Shown piece by piece: positions 1-8,735 of a DNA stretch of 56,257 bases. A program made the translations under genes and the position numbers. The stretch spans positions 1-56,257 of the forward strand of contig CAYGCZ010000004.1 of the NCBI GenBank assembly GCA_964348495.1. The letters are read 5' to 3'. The notes under the pieces were generated by a model. It was not told where the DNA came from. It saw only the letters and a list, made by a program, of their open reading frames with translations, and ran no database searches. Source of the stretch: an uncultured Candidatus Saccharibacteria bacterium. Its GTDB lineage: Bacteria > Patescibacteriota > Minisyncoccia > Phycocordibacterales > UBA2135. Position 1 is the first letter of the stretch. Each line of letters begins with the position of its first letter.

Positions 1-90
1 GATGATGGTGTTGGCCTTTGTGGTGCTGTTGTTGAGAAGATTATGAACAGGCTCTTACATTCAAGTACCATAATGAATGTATTTCTATAA
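1..90 (+). CDS. possible 3' end of a CDS entering from the left edge
   Basis: Frame 1 is open (DDGVGLCGAVVEKIMNRLLHSSTIMNVFL) to TAA at 88-90, followed directly by a terminator hairpin. Confidence 0.3.
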   Translation, partial: DDGVGLCGAVVEKIMNRLLHSSTIMNVFL

Positions 91-132
91 AAAGCACCTC
101 GTGAGGTCTCGTCCTCACGAGGTGCTTTTTTT
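89..132. terminator. bidirectional intrinsic terminator
   Basis: aaaaagcacctcgtgagg-tctcgt-cctcacgaggtgcttttt perfect stem with A and T tails. Confidence 0.75.
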
Positions 133-509
133 GTATTCCACTTTCTTGCGCAGATTGTCCATAAAACGAATCTTCTCTTTGGCAGAGATACGGTAACCGT
201 TACGTATGGCCTGTAGCGAAACAGCTGCCTCCCTAGGTAACTCGGCAAATCTGATTTGCCGAGTTGCTCGAAATCGTGGCACCAGAAGATTACAGCATTC
301 TGCCGATACCGTGGAAAGTCATTCTCCGCCCAGTATGTCATGTACGACATCTGGAAAGCGGATGGAGGACCCACCATAACGTGGAGGACTCCAACATTTT
401 AGTTTTAAGGGGCTTCCAAGCCCCTTTTGTTTTGATCTACCAGCATCCCCGAACCACAGACCCCATCTCATCGTGATTACACCCGAAATGCAATAAGACA
501 CCACTACAC

Positions 510-543
510 AAAAAGCCGGCACAGGTTATCACCCTGTGCCGGC
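510..543 (-). terminator. intrinsic terminator of the 548..985 gene
   Basis: gccggcacagg/cctgtgccggc 11-bp stem followed by T5 on the minus strand, just after the stop. Confidence 0.7.
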
Positions 544-547
544 ACAA

Positions 548-985
548 TTACATGGTGTGCGCCGGACCGCTCGTAGAAATTTTTTCTTCAAGCTCGCGAG
601 CTTCCTGAAGGATTTTTTTCTTCAAGTCCTTTCGCACTCCCTCCTCTCTATCCTTGAACACTTTCCATGTAGAGACTATTCCAACGGCACATCCTAGCGC
701 CACTATGAAGGATATGTGGTCCGAAAAGAACGGGGGTGGCGTAAGGCTCCCTACAACGGCGCATGCACCAAGGGTGCCCATAACATACTTATCCACCTTC
801 TCTGATCGTGCACTGCGAACGACCCGCGTCTTCATGAAGACTGCGACGGAGGGCAATACCCCCTCAAGCCTTCGTGCCGCTTCACATCGTGAAGCCAAAG
901 AAGCGTCTTCATCCGTCAGGAGTTCCGCATCCTGAAAAATCTGACCCTTCTGTAATGAACTTTGTGTAAGGTATTCACTCATCAT
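548..985 (-). CDS. hypothetical membrane protein (two TM helices)
   Basis: 145-aa ORF with GAGGTG RBS, two hydrophobic segments and its own terminator. Confidence 0.7.
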   Translation of the reverse strand: MMSEYLTQSSLQKGQIFQDAELLTDEDASLASRCEAARRLEGVLPSVAVFMKTRVVRSARSEKVDKYVMGTLGACAVVGSLTPPPFFSDHISFIVALGCAVGIVSTWKVFKDREEGVRKDLKKKILQEARELEEKISTSGPAHTM

Positions 986-1077
986 CGCTCACCTCGCCTG
1001 TTGAAGTTAAAGTTCAAGAACCAAACCTACCATACCACGCCTTTTTATTTTACACAATCGGCTGTTATGCCTCGGAA

Positions 1078-1137
1078 TTACAGCCGAAACTCAATCACAT
1101 CTCCATCCTTCACGACATAGTCTTTGCCCTCGGTGCG
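1078..1137 (-). repeat. orphan, diverged copy of the ychF 3' end
   Basis: Encodes RTEGKDYVVKDGDVIEFRL*; 52/60 nt identical to 2257..2316 (RTEGKDYIVKDGDVIEFRV*). Confidence 0.92.
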
Positions 1138-1142
1138 GAAAA

Positions 1143-1385
1143 CTATTCGGTATAGAAATGTTGCATCAACTCCTCATGTGAGAGGTAACGACCCGCTTGA
1201 TTGAGAATTGCCTTGATCGTCCCTTTGGCGAGTTCTTTGTGGTTGGGAACAACGAGTATCTGCTTTTCGAGAGGTGTGATACGCGACAATTTGATATGAC
1301 TTCCTTTTTGAGCAGTAACCGTAAAACCGAGTCGAGTGAAGATAGCAAGAAGATCGCTCGACCCCAGCACCTTGAGTTTAGGCAT
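1143..1385 (-). CDS. hicA: HicA-family toxin (type II TA)
   Basis: MPKLKVL...LGF...QKGSHIKL...VPNHKELAKGTIKAILNQAG; GSH motif; ATG 1385 overlaps the upstream stop. Confidence 0.88.
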   Translation of the reverse strand: MPKLKVLGSSDLLAIFTRLGFTVTAQKGSHIKLSRITPLEKQILVVPNHKELAKGTIKAILNQAGRYLSHEELMQHFYTE

Positions 1386-1599
1386 ACTGCGGTACTTCAA
1401 AATTAACAAAGATGGACGGCTTTGCAGAGAAATTCAAAACATCGGCATCCTCGTTTTCAAAATAGAGAGCGACGGCTTCCTTGATGTTTTCCATCAACGT
1501 ATCGAGATTATTCGCCTGTGTTACGATAGCAAGATCAACACCTTCGGCGATGTAGGTGTCAGCATCTTTCGTGATAGTAAATTGCGCAATCGTTTTCAT
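1378..1599 (-). CDS. hicB: short HicB-like antitoxin
   Basis: YIAEGVDLAIVTQANNLDTLMENIKEAVALYFE matches the HicB partial RNase H fold pattern; coupled to hicA. Confidence 0.8.
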   Translation of the reverse strand: MKTIAQFTITKDADTYIAEGVDLAIVTQANNLDTLMENIKEAVALYFENEDADVLNFSAKPSIFVNFEVPQYA

Positions 1600-1652
1600 A
1601 AAAAAAATATACCACACAATCCTGATGTCCGCCATGTCTATCCAAATCTTGA

Positions 1653-1681
1653 TTGACTTTTTGCCATGCGTTTGGCATACT
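1653..1681 (+). promoter_or_regulatory. sigma70-like promoter, antisense to the NYN gene 3' end
   Basis: TTGACT(1653-58)-N17-CATACT(1676-81). Confidence 0.55.
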
Positions 1682-1687
1682 TAAACC

Positions 1688-1744
1688 ATCACCACGAAAG
1701 AGACCCTTATGCGGATCCGTCCGCATCAGGGGCTTTTTCTTTTT
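1688..1744 (+). ncRNA. candidate ~55-nt antisense small RNA
   Basis: Promoter upstream; stem 1704-1731 followed by ttttt-c-ttttt; overlaps the last codons of the NYN gene. Confidence 0.4.
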
Positions 1745-2225
1745 GCATGGGTGTAGAAAACTTATGATACAACTTGTTTAAAAATGTTATCTCGCTATTC
1801 TTGTTCTTCAATAAAACTGAACACTTCTTTTCATCGGGAGAAATAATTCGATCAAGTGCGTTATTGTGTTGCAAAAATTCAACAAGACACCCAAAGTCTC
1901 CGTCACCCGTTACGAGGATACATGAGTCACATACCTTAGTATAAAAATCGGAAACAGTCTTCAAAACAAGCTCTGCATCACAATTACCCTTTATTGTTCG
2001 CCCAACGGATACCGTCTGCTTGAAGACAAGGTCAAAACCACACTCCTGAAGATGGTTGTAAAACGACGTCCGATCCGGGATGAGGCCAATGAAAAGATAC
2101 ACGCGCGCTGGATCATATTTTTGCCGAAGCCACCCGCGAAACTTTTTGTAATCAATATCGTAACCCAATTCTTTTGCAGAACGATAGAGATTGTTTCCAT
2201 CGATATAGATGTTAATCTTGTTCAT
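1707..2225 (-). CDS. NYN/LabA (DUF88) PIN-like domain protein, putative RNase
   Basis: IYIDGNNL, KGNCDAEL and LVTGDGDF acidic motifs. Confidence 0.9.
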   Translation of the reverse strand: MNKINIYIDGNNLYRSAKELGYDIDYKKFRGWLRQKYDPARVYLFIGLIPDRTSFYNHLQECGFDLVFKQTVSVGRTIKGNCDAELVLKTVSDFYTKVCDSCILVTGDGDFGCLVEFLQHNNALDRIISPDEKKCSVLLKNKNSEITFLNKLYHKFSTPMQKEKAPDADGSA

Positions 2226-2256
2226 AGAAAATTTTGGATCACCCCATTTTTATCTC

Positions 2257-3327
2257 CTACACCCGAAACTCAATCACATCCCCGTCTTTGACGATGTAGT
2301 CTTTGCCCTCGGTGCGCAGGAGGCCTTTGTCGCGGGCGGCGGCGTAGGAGCCGACGGCGATGAGATCGTCGCAGGCGATGATCTCGGCGCGGATGAACTT
2401 CTCGCGGAAGTCGGTATGGATGGCGGCGCCAGCCTCGGGAGCAGTACTGCCGATCTTGACCGTCCAGCCGCGCGTCTCCTCGGGGCCGGTCGTAAGATAG
2501 CTCATCAGCCCCAAAAGCTCGTAGCTCTTTTTGATGAGCTCATCGAGGCCCGCTTCGGAAACGCCGAAATCCTTGCGCATCGCGACACGCTCCTCCTCGG
2601 GGAATTCACTGATGTCGCGTTCGCTCGCTATGTCGAGCTCGACGAAGATTGATCCTGAATCTTTAAAGAACGCGGCGAGGTCGGCGGGAATCTTTTGCCC
2701 CGTCTTTTTGTTGACGATGTAGAGGATCGGCTTTGCCGAGAGGAGGTGGAGCGACTTCATCATCGCGCGCTCCTCGTCGGTGTATGAAAGGGTGCTCGCC
2801 AGATGGCCCTCGTCAAAATGTTTTTCAAGACGCGCCAAAAGCGCATCCTCGGCGAGCGCCTCTTTTTTATTCTGCTTTACCTCGCGAGCGATATTCCCCC
2901 GCCGCTTGGAGACGGTCTGATAGTCGGCGAGCACCAACTCCAAGTTGATGACGTTGATATCGTGAAGCGGATTGATCGCGCCGTGGACGTGTGTGATGTT
3001 GCCATCTTCAAAAACGCGCACCACCTCGGCGATGGCGTCGGTCTGCCGTATGTTGGCGAGAAATTGGTTGCCGAGCCCCTCGCCTGTGGAAGCCCCCTTC
3101 ACCAAGCCGGCAATGTCGGTAAACTCCACCGCCGCGGGAATGATTTTTTTTGAACCGGAGAAGGCGGCGAGCTTGTCCAAGCGTTTATCGGGCACGGCGA
3201 CAACACCCACCGCGGGGTCGATGGTGCAAAAAGGATAATTCTCGCACGGAACGGCGCGCCCCGTGAGAGCTCGAAAGAGGGTGGACTTGCCAACATTGGG
3301 CAGGCCGACGATGCCGATGGATAACAT
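2257..3327 (-). CDS. ychF: redox-regulated ATPase YchF
   Basis: GIVGLPNVGKSTLF, NYPFCTIDP, DIAGLVKGASTGEGLGNQFL, C-terminal EGKDYIVKDGD. Confidence 0.98.
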   Translation of the reverse strand: MLSIGIVGLPNVGKSTLFRALTGRAVPCENYPFCTIDPAVGVVAVPDKRLDKLAAFSGSKKIIPAAVEFTDIAGLVKGASTGEGLGNQFLANIRQTDAIAEVVRVFEDGNITHVHGAINPLHDINVINLELVLADYQTVSKRRGNIAREVKQNKKEALAEDALLARLEKHFDEGHLASTLSYTDEERAMMKSLHLLSAKPILYIVNKKTGQKIPADLAAFFKDSGSIFVELDIASERDISEFPEEERVAMRKDFGVSEAGLDELIKKSYELLGLMSYLTTGPEETRGWTVKIGSTAPEAGAAIHTDFREKFIRAEIIACDDLIAVGSYAAARDKGLLRTEGKDYIVKDGDVIEFRV

Positions 3328-3354
3328 ACCGTAGTGATTAGTGGATAGTGGACG

Positions 3355-3395
3355 GCGAGCCGCCGGAAAAGGCAGGGCCTTTTCCGGCGGCTCGC
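3355..3395. repeat. 19-bp perfect inverted repeat (REP-like or terminator)
   Basis: gcgagccgccggaaaaggc-agg-gccttttccggcggctcgc, no U tail. Confidence 0.7.
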
Positions 3396-3432
3396 ACCCG
3401 CACCCTAGTGGCTAAACCCTATACCCTCGCCA

Positions 3433-3660
3433 CTAGTTCATCATCGCCTTCTGAAGCTCCGCCTGGTGCTTGCGCATAACCTCCATAGTGGCGGCCGTTT
3501 GGGGTTTGCCGGCCTTTACGGCCTCCTGGATCTCCTTGGCGATAGTTTCAAACAATGCGGGGTTTTTGGTAACAGCGCTTATGATCTTGTCCTGCTGATC
3601 CTTGGGCAGGTTTTTGAGCTGGCGCTCCAGCATCTTCTTCATGAAAAATTCTTTAATCAT
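3433..3660 (-). CDS. small helical hypothetical protein
   Basis: 75-aa ORF with protein-like composition; TGnTACCAT -10 element just upstream. Confidence 0.75.
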   Translation of the reverse strand: MIKEFFMKKMLERQLKNLPKDQQDKIISAVTKNPALFETIAKEIQEAVKAGKPQTAATMEVMRKHQAELQKAMMN

Positions 3661-3697
3661 AGTTCCCCCATGGTAGCAAAAAAGGGCATGATAGCCA

Positions 3698-3772
3698 ACA
3701 AAAAGCCCCCTCTCCGGGGGACCTTTTGTAGACTTTTGTTTCGGAGAAATTCGGTTGCCCGAACCTCACTCC
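3698..3772 (-). ncRNA. candidate ~75-nt small RNA
   Basis: TTGACT-N17-TACCAT promoter (3805..3777), stem with GCAA tetraloop, A-rich linker, terminator cccccggagagggggcttttt. Confidence 0.45.
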
Positions 3773-3826
3773 CTGCATGGTAGCAAAACGCCTTACAAAA
3801 GTCAAGAGGCGCATCCGAAAAACGAT

Positions 3827-5170
3827 CTACCGCCCCGAACGAGCGATAAAAGTGCGGACAGTCTTTAAGGCGATGACAATATCCAGAAGAAATGAACGGT
3901 GTTTGAGGTAGTAGAGGTCGTAGGAGAGTTTCATGCGCGTCTCCACAACATCGGAGCCGTGGTGCGGGTGGTTCTCATGGTAGAGCTGTGCCCAGCCGGA
4001 GAGGCCCGGCTTGATGAGGTGCCGAATACCATAATAAGGAATCTTCTGTTCATACTCGCGCACCAGTGCCGGTATCTCGGGGCGCGGCCCGATGAGCGAG
4101 AGGTCGCCTTTTACTACATTCCACAACTGCGGCAATTCATCAATGCGCGTCTTGCGCAGGAAGGCTCCGAGCTTCGTGACGGCGGCCACCCCGCCATCCT
4201 CTTTGGCCATACTGCGAAACTTCACAATAGTAATGGGGCGATTATGTTCACCGATGCGCACCTGCCTGAAGAACACAGGCCCTCTCCCCTCCGCAAGCGA
4301 GGCGACAATAATGAGGGGATAGATCGGCAGAGTGAGTACGAGGAGTATGAGCGCGGCGACGGCATCCATGATGCGCTTGCACGCATCGTAGACGGGGTGC
4401 GAGACCGACGAGATGTGTTCCACGAGCCATCGTTCGTTGATAAGCGGCAGATACATATGCTCGCTCACCTCTTCGTAGAGTTCGTGAAGCGATATGACCT
4501 TCACCGAGGGGAACGACCCGCCATAGAGGCAGCGCAAAAAGCGATCGCTCTCGCGGCTCTCGGTGTCTATGATCACGACGGCGATATCGTCTGCGACGAG
4601 CCCCCCGCATACGGCGGCGATACGACGATCGTCGAGCATCCGAGGGTCGTGCGAGGCGATGATCTCCAAGCCGTAGCGAGAAGAACGATTGATGGCGGAG
4701 ACGAGATCGCGCGAGGCATCGGCTCCCGCAATCACGACGGCCTTTTGAGGGCTCACGCGGCCGAGGAGCGGTACGCTGTAGATCCTCCATAGAAACACGA
4801 GGACGAACGAGACGACGAGATAGAGGAAGAGGTTGGTCTTGGGCGCGATCTCAAAAAAAGGAATGAGGTAAAAAAAGAGTACCGCAATGATGCTGTTGGC
4901 TATTTGTGTCTTTGCCAGCCGACCCATAAAGGAGCGGCGCGAGAAGATGATCTGGGGCTCGTACAAACCGGCGATGAAGAACGAGAGGAGCCACAAGCCG
5001 ATCACGAAGGAAAAGGCGAAGAGGTGCGCAACCACCACCCCCTCCGAAAGGGTCGGCAGGTAGCGCAGTGCGAGCACGAGGGCGAGCGAGAGGTAGAGCA
5101 ATACGGCATCCCCGACGAACAGTATGAATGTTTTTGTTCTATGCGCTATCATAGAGAATATATCTACCAC
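3827..5170 (-). CDS. priming sugar transferase (WbaP/WcaJ-like polyprenyl glycosylphosphotransferase)
   Basis: N-terminal TMs; KFRSM, LRKTRIDELPQLWNVVKGDLSLIGPRPE, KPGLSGWAQ, YDLYY; start may be 5152. Confidence 0.93.
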   Translation of the reverse strand: MVDIFSMIAHRTKTFILFVGDAVLLYLSLALVLALRYLPTLSEGVVVAHLFAFSFVIGLWLLSFFIAGLYEPQIIFSRRSFMGRLAKTQIANSIIAVLFFYLIPFFEIAPKTNLFLYLVVSFVLVFLWRIYSVPLLGRVSPQKAVVIAGADASRDLVSAINRSSRYGLEIIASHDPRMLDDRRIAAVCGGLVADDIAVVIIDTESRESDRFLRCLYGGSFPSVKVISLHELYEEVSEHMYLPLINERWLVEHISSVSHPVYDACKRIMDAVAALILLVLTLPIYPLIIVASLAEGRGPVFFRQVRIGEHNRPITIVKFRSMAKEDGGVAAVTKLGAFLRKTRIDELPQLWNVVKGDLSLIGPRPEIPALVREYEQKIPYYGIRHLIKPGLSGWAQLYHENHPHHGSDVVETRMKLSYDLYYLKHRSFLLDIVIALKTVRTFIARSGR

Positions 5171-5176
5171 GGTACC

Positions 5177-6301
5177 ATGAGCGACATCCGAAAAAAAGTC
5201 CTGTATGTCATAACAAAGTCAACCCTCGGCGGCGCTCAGCGCTACGTCTTTGACCTTGCGACTCGCATGCCCAAAGATCGCTTTGAGGTTGCGGTCGCCC
5301 TGGGTGGCGAAGGGCCTCTCAAAACCAACCTTCAAAAAGCGGGGGTGCGGGTTATGAGCATTCCCGGCCTCATCCGCGATGTGCGCCTTTTGCAGGAGGT
5401 GCGGGTATTTCGTGAATTGCTGGAGCTCTTCAAACGTGAACATCCGGATGTGGTTCACCTCAACAGCTCCAAGATCGGGGCGATGGGGGCGCTTGCGGCG
5501 CGCATGGCCCGCGTGCCGCGGATCGTCTTTACCGTCCATGGTTGGGCATTCAACGAGGACCGCTCGATGATCGCCAAATGTGCGATCAAGGGCATCCAAG
5601 CACTCACTGTGGCGCTCTGCCACCGCGTGATCGTCGTCTCGGAACACACGCGCGCCCAGTTGCCGATGCGCGGAACCGTCGTCGTGCGAAACGGCCTCTC
5701 ACCCCTGCCCCTTGCGGCGCGCGATGCGGCGCGCGCCGAACTTCTCGGCGACGGCGCGGCTCGGCACAGCGATGACCTCTGGATCGGTACGATCGCCGAA
5801 CTGCACCGCAACAAGGGCATCGACATCGCCCTTGAGGCGATAAGCGATCTTGTCCAGGCGGGGCGCTCCCTCGTCTATGTCGTAGTCGGCGAGGGCGAGG
5901 AACGCGCCGAGCTTGAGCGGAGCATCGCCGCACGCGGCCTTTCTGACCATGTGCACTTCGTCGGACACCGCGCGGACGCCGCGCGTCTGCTGTCGGCCTT
6001 TGATATCTTCCTACTCCCCTCCCGCACGGAGGCCCTGCCTTATGTACTCTTGGAGGCGGGCGCCGCCGGCCTGCCTGTCGTGGCGACCGCCGTCGGCGGC
6101 ATACCGGAGATCATTGAAAACGGCATAAGCGGCTTCATCGTACCGCCACGCGATGCGCATGCGATACGCGAGGCGGTGGCACGCTGTATGGATAGCGCAC
6201 CTCTGCGCACCTTCTTGGGTAGCGCACTTAAAAAGAAAGTTGCGACCTCATTCTCACTCACTACCATGCTGGAGCAGACGGTGAAGGTATACGAGGAATA
6301 G
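5177..6301 (+). CDS. GT4 glycosyltransferase
   Basis: VLYVITKSTLGGAQRYV; PSRTEALPYVLLEAG (EX7E); start at MSDIRKK. Confidence 0.92.
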   Translation: MSDIRKKVLYVITKSTLGGAQRYVFDLATRMPKDRFEVAVALGGEGPLKTNLQKAGVRVMSIPGLIRDVRLLQEVRVFRELLELFKREHPDVVHLNSSKIGAMGALAARMARVPRIVFTVHGWAFNEDRSMIAKCAIKGIQALTVALCHRVIVVSEHTRAQLPMRGTVVVRNGLSPLPLAARDAARAELLGDGAARHSDDLWIGTIAELHRNKGIDIALEAISDLVQAGRSLVYVVVGEGEERAELERSIAARGLSDHVHFVGHRADAARLLSAFDIFLLPSRTEALPYVLLEAGAAGLPVVATAVGGIPEIIENGISGFIVPPRDAHAIREAVARCMDSAPLRTFLGSALKKKVATSFSLTTMLEQTVKVYEE

Positions 6302-6310
6302 TACCCGACA

Positions 6311-6353
6311 TATGAAACGGCGGCGTTCGCATAGCGAACGCCGCCGTTTCATA
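6311..6353. terminator. 20-bp hairpin between convergent genes
   Basis: tatgaaacggcggcgttcgc-ata-gcgaacgccgccgtttcata. Confidence 0.65.
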
Positions 6354-6377
6354 CTGTCCTCCTACACACTTCCAATC

Positions 6378-8573
6378 TTACGGCGTCCTGCCCGCCCTTA
6401 ACGCCTCGATGTAGTATTCTCCCTGATCCTTGAATCCGGGGTTGAGCTCAATCGCCTGCTCCAATGCCTTGATCGCCTTGTCGCGGCGGCCGATCCTGTC
6501 GTAGGCCGCCGCCAGTGAGACGTGATATTGCGAGTTCGTCGGCGCGCGCTTCACCGCCTCCTCCAGAAATGCGACGATCTTTTTGTACTCATTGAGGGTG
6601 ATGTAGGCCTGTATGAGGCGATCGTCGAAGGAGAAGGTCCCTCCTTGCGCATCATGCTCGGCGAGTTTGAGGGCGACCATTTCATCTACTATGTCCTCCC
6701 GCCCGATGAAGGCCGCGCCCACGGCGTAGTTGACCCGCGCCTGATCGAAACGCGGCTCCATATCGTAGGCATGTTTCAATAGTTCAAAGGCCTTGTTGTA
6801 TTCCTTGTTGGCGATGAGTGTCGAGCCGAGCTCAAAGTAGGTCGTCTGCTTGCCCGGAGAGAGTTCGCGCGCGCGCTCCAAGTGTGCGAGTGCTTGATCC
6901 ATCACACCGAAGGCGCGATAAAAACTTCCGGCAAACAAGTGCAAACGGGTATCACCCGGCTGTTCTTTGATCAAGAGTTCCAAATCCTGCGCCGCCTCTT
7001 CTGCAAAAGCGGTCTTTATCTCTGCCGGCAAGTCGGAGTCCTGTATCCGCAAGGTGATCATGGAGAGCTGTTCTACCACCTCCTGCCGCCCAACGGTGCG
7101 GTAGGCGAATGCTTTCTTGAAATATTCAAGATTTTCCAAAGGCGTCTCATGCGGCACGAGCGCCTGCAGGAGCGTCTGATTGGCGAGTATCCCCCTGACG
7201 TTCACCGCGTAGAGACTGAAAATGGTCGCGATAACAACGAGCGGAACGCCAACGCGCATACGTTTCGCCTGATCCACAGGCGCCGCCATGCGCCCTGTCG
7301 GGACTTGGTCGCGCACCGCCCCCGCGTGGATGAAGGCGAGGAGGGTGAAGAAATAGATGTAACTGATCGCATTGTCAAAGACGAACAAGTTATTGAAGAA
7401 GTAGCCGGCAAAGAGGCCCGTCAGCAGGGCGGCATCTACCGCAGACCACGTCGCGCGTGAACGCCACAGCACGAAGAGCGCCGCGCCAAACAGGGCAAGG
7501 TATGCCGCAAGGCCGAGAATACCGCCGGCGATGAGCCAGTCGAGGACGATATTGTGCACGCGGTCAAACCACGGCTCCTGTGCGTAGAGGCGGGGGTCGT
7601 AATATTCGTTGAAGACGAAGTTGAAGCTTTCCTGACCCCATCCGAGCACGGGATGTTCGGCGACTCCTTTGAGCGCCATGCCCCACAGGATGAAACGCGT
7701 ATTGCCGTCGGACTCAAACGAGATGGAAGCGAAGCGTGAAAGGACGGGGCTGTTTTGGACGAATGCGGTATTCTTCGCCGCAAGAAATACGCCCGTTACG
7801 AGGATAACACCGCCGACAAGCGCGAGGGCGTACGTGCGCACTGCCGGACGATCTTTTTGGAAGAGTGCAATGAGCCCCGCCGCCACAATCGCGCCGCCAA
7901 TCGCGCCCAAGATGGCGCCACGCGTCGCGGTGTAGTAGAGGATGAGCGCCTGCAAGGCCATGGCGACGCCGTAGGCCAAGCGAAGCGCCCGACCTCCCTC
8001 TGCGCGGGCGAGCAAGAATGCCGTGATGAAGAGGTGCATCAGCATGTAGACGGCAAGATAGCTGGCATTGCCGAAGGTTGCGTCAAGACGCACGCCGCCT
8101 TGGTGTATCTCGAACTTCCCCGCCAGTTGCAGGATGCCGTAGAAGGCCGTGATAACGCTCACTGCCACGGAGGTATTGAGGAGCGCCGTCCACAGCCGAC
8201 GCGTCGTCATCACCGACCCCGCGACGATGAAGTACATAAAGAGGTGTACGATCATCACGAGCCCCTCCATACGCTCGAAGTTGGACCAGATGCTCTTGAA
8301 GGGGCTCACGCTCATGAAGTCTGCCAGTGCGACGACTGCCGTAAAGACTCCCGCCGCAATGAGGAGCGGCGAGCGGCGCGGCCTATACTGCGCGTCGGCG
8401 AGGGCAAGCAGTACCCATGCGCCGAAGATCACCTCGACAATGATGCGAAAGGCAAAGTTCTTGCCCGTAATAAAGGGAAAGAAAAGCGTGGACGAGACAT
8501 AAAAGACCAGAAACGGGATGACGAAGATGCCCGCAAGAACGATGTATCGGCACGCGCGCGAAAGTGATTCCAT
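6378..8573 (-). CDS. O-antigen ligase (Wzy_C)-family membrane protein with C-terminal TPR repeats
   Basis: Many TMs; TATRGAILG, PVLGWGQESF, FDRVHNIVLD motifs; TPR-like helical C-terminus; start at MESLSR. Confidence 0.88.
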   Translation of the reverse strand: MESLSRACRYIVLAGIFVIPFLVFYVSSTLFFPFITGKNFAFRIIVEVIFGAWVLLALADAQYRPRRSPLLIAAGVFTAVVALADFMSVSPFKSIWSNFERMEGLVMIVHLFMYFIVAGSVMTTRRLWTALLNTSVAVSVITAFYGILQLAGKFEIHQGGVRLDATFGNASYLAVYMLMHLFITAFLLARAEGGRALRLAYGVAMALQALILYYTATRGAILGAIGGAIVAAGLIALFQKDRPAVRTYALALVGGVILVTGVFLAAKNTAFVQNSPVLSRFASISFESDGNTRFILWGMALKGVAEHPVLGWGQESFNFVFNEYYDPRLYAQEPWFDRVHNIVLDWLIAGGILGLAAYLALFGAALFVLWRSRATWSAVDAALLTGLFAGYFFNNLFVFDNAISYIYFFTLLAFIHAGAVRDQVPTGRMAAPVDQAKRMRVGVPLVVIATIFSLYAVNVRGILANQTLLQALVPHETPLENLEYFKKAFAYRTVGRQEVVEQLSMITLRIQDSDLPAEIKTAFAEEAAQDLELLIKEQPGDTRLHLFAGSFYRAFGVMDQALAHLERARELSPGKQTTYFELGSTLIANKEYNKAFELLKHAYDMEPRFDQARVNYAVGAAFIGREDIVDEMVALKLAEHDAQGGTFSFDDRLIQAYITLNEYKKIVAFLEEAVKRAPTNSQYHVSLAAAYDRIGRRDKAIKALEQAIELNPGFKDQGEYYIEALRAGRTP

Positions 8574-8735
8574 AAGAGTCGGCAAAACAATAAGCGAATA
8601 TCTCTCACTATAGCACCGTATAACCGGTTTATCCAAAAACATCTTCCCTACACGTCATCGGTGGAGATGAACTGCGCACTGCGCATGATCTTTATGAGGG
8701 ATAAGAGCACCAGTACTAGTAGCGAGCGAAGTTCG

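Noticed and set aside
1..522. Minus-strand frame open from 377 off the left edge, ORFs 264..476 and 319..522, and a 13-bp palindrome at 239..265
   Set aside because: The frame runs through a strong terminator, none has a recognisable motif or RBS, and the palindrome is single-copy; cannot be called.
3899..4792. 297-aa plus-strand ORF and similar long antisense ORFs (7755..8567, 31626..32504, 33329..34336, 45310..46131, 50482..51342)
   Set aside because: Shadow frames opposite well-supported genes in GC-rich sequence.
4904..5176. N-terminal extensions in the ORF track (e.g. 4904, 8661, 14249, 24605, 30863, 36705, 40930, 56125)
   Set aside because: They overlap neighbouring genes; downstream ATGs match family N-termini and stop-start coupling.
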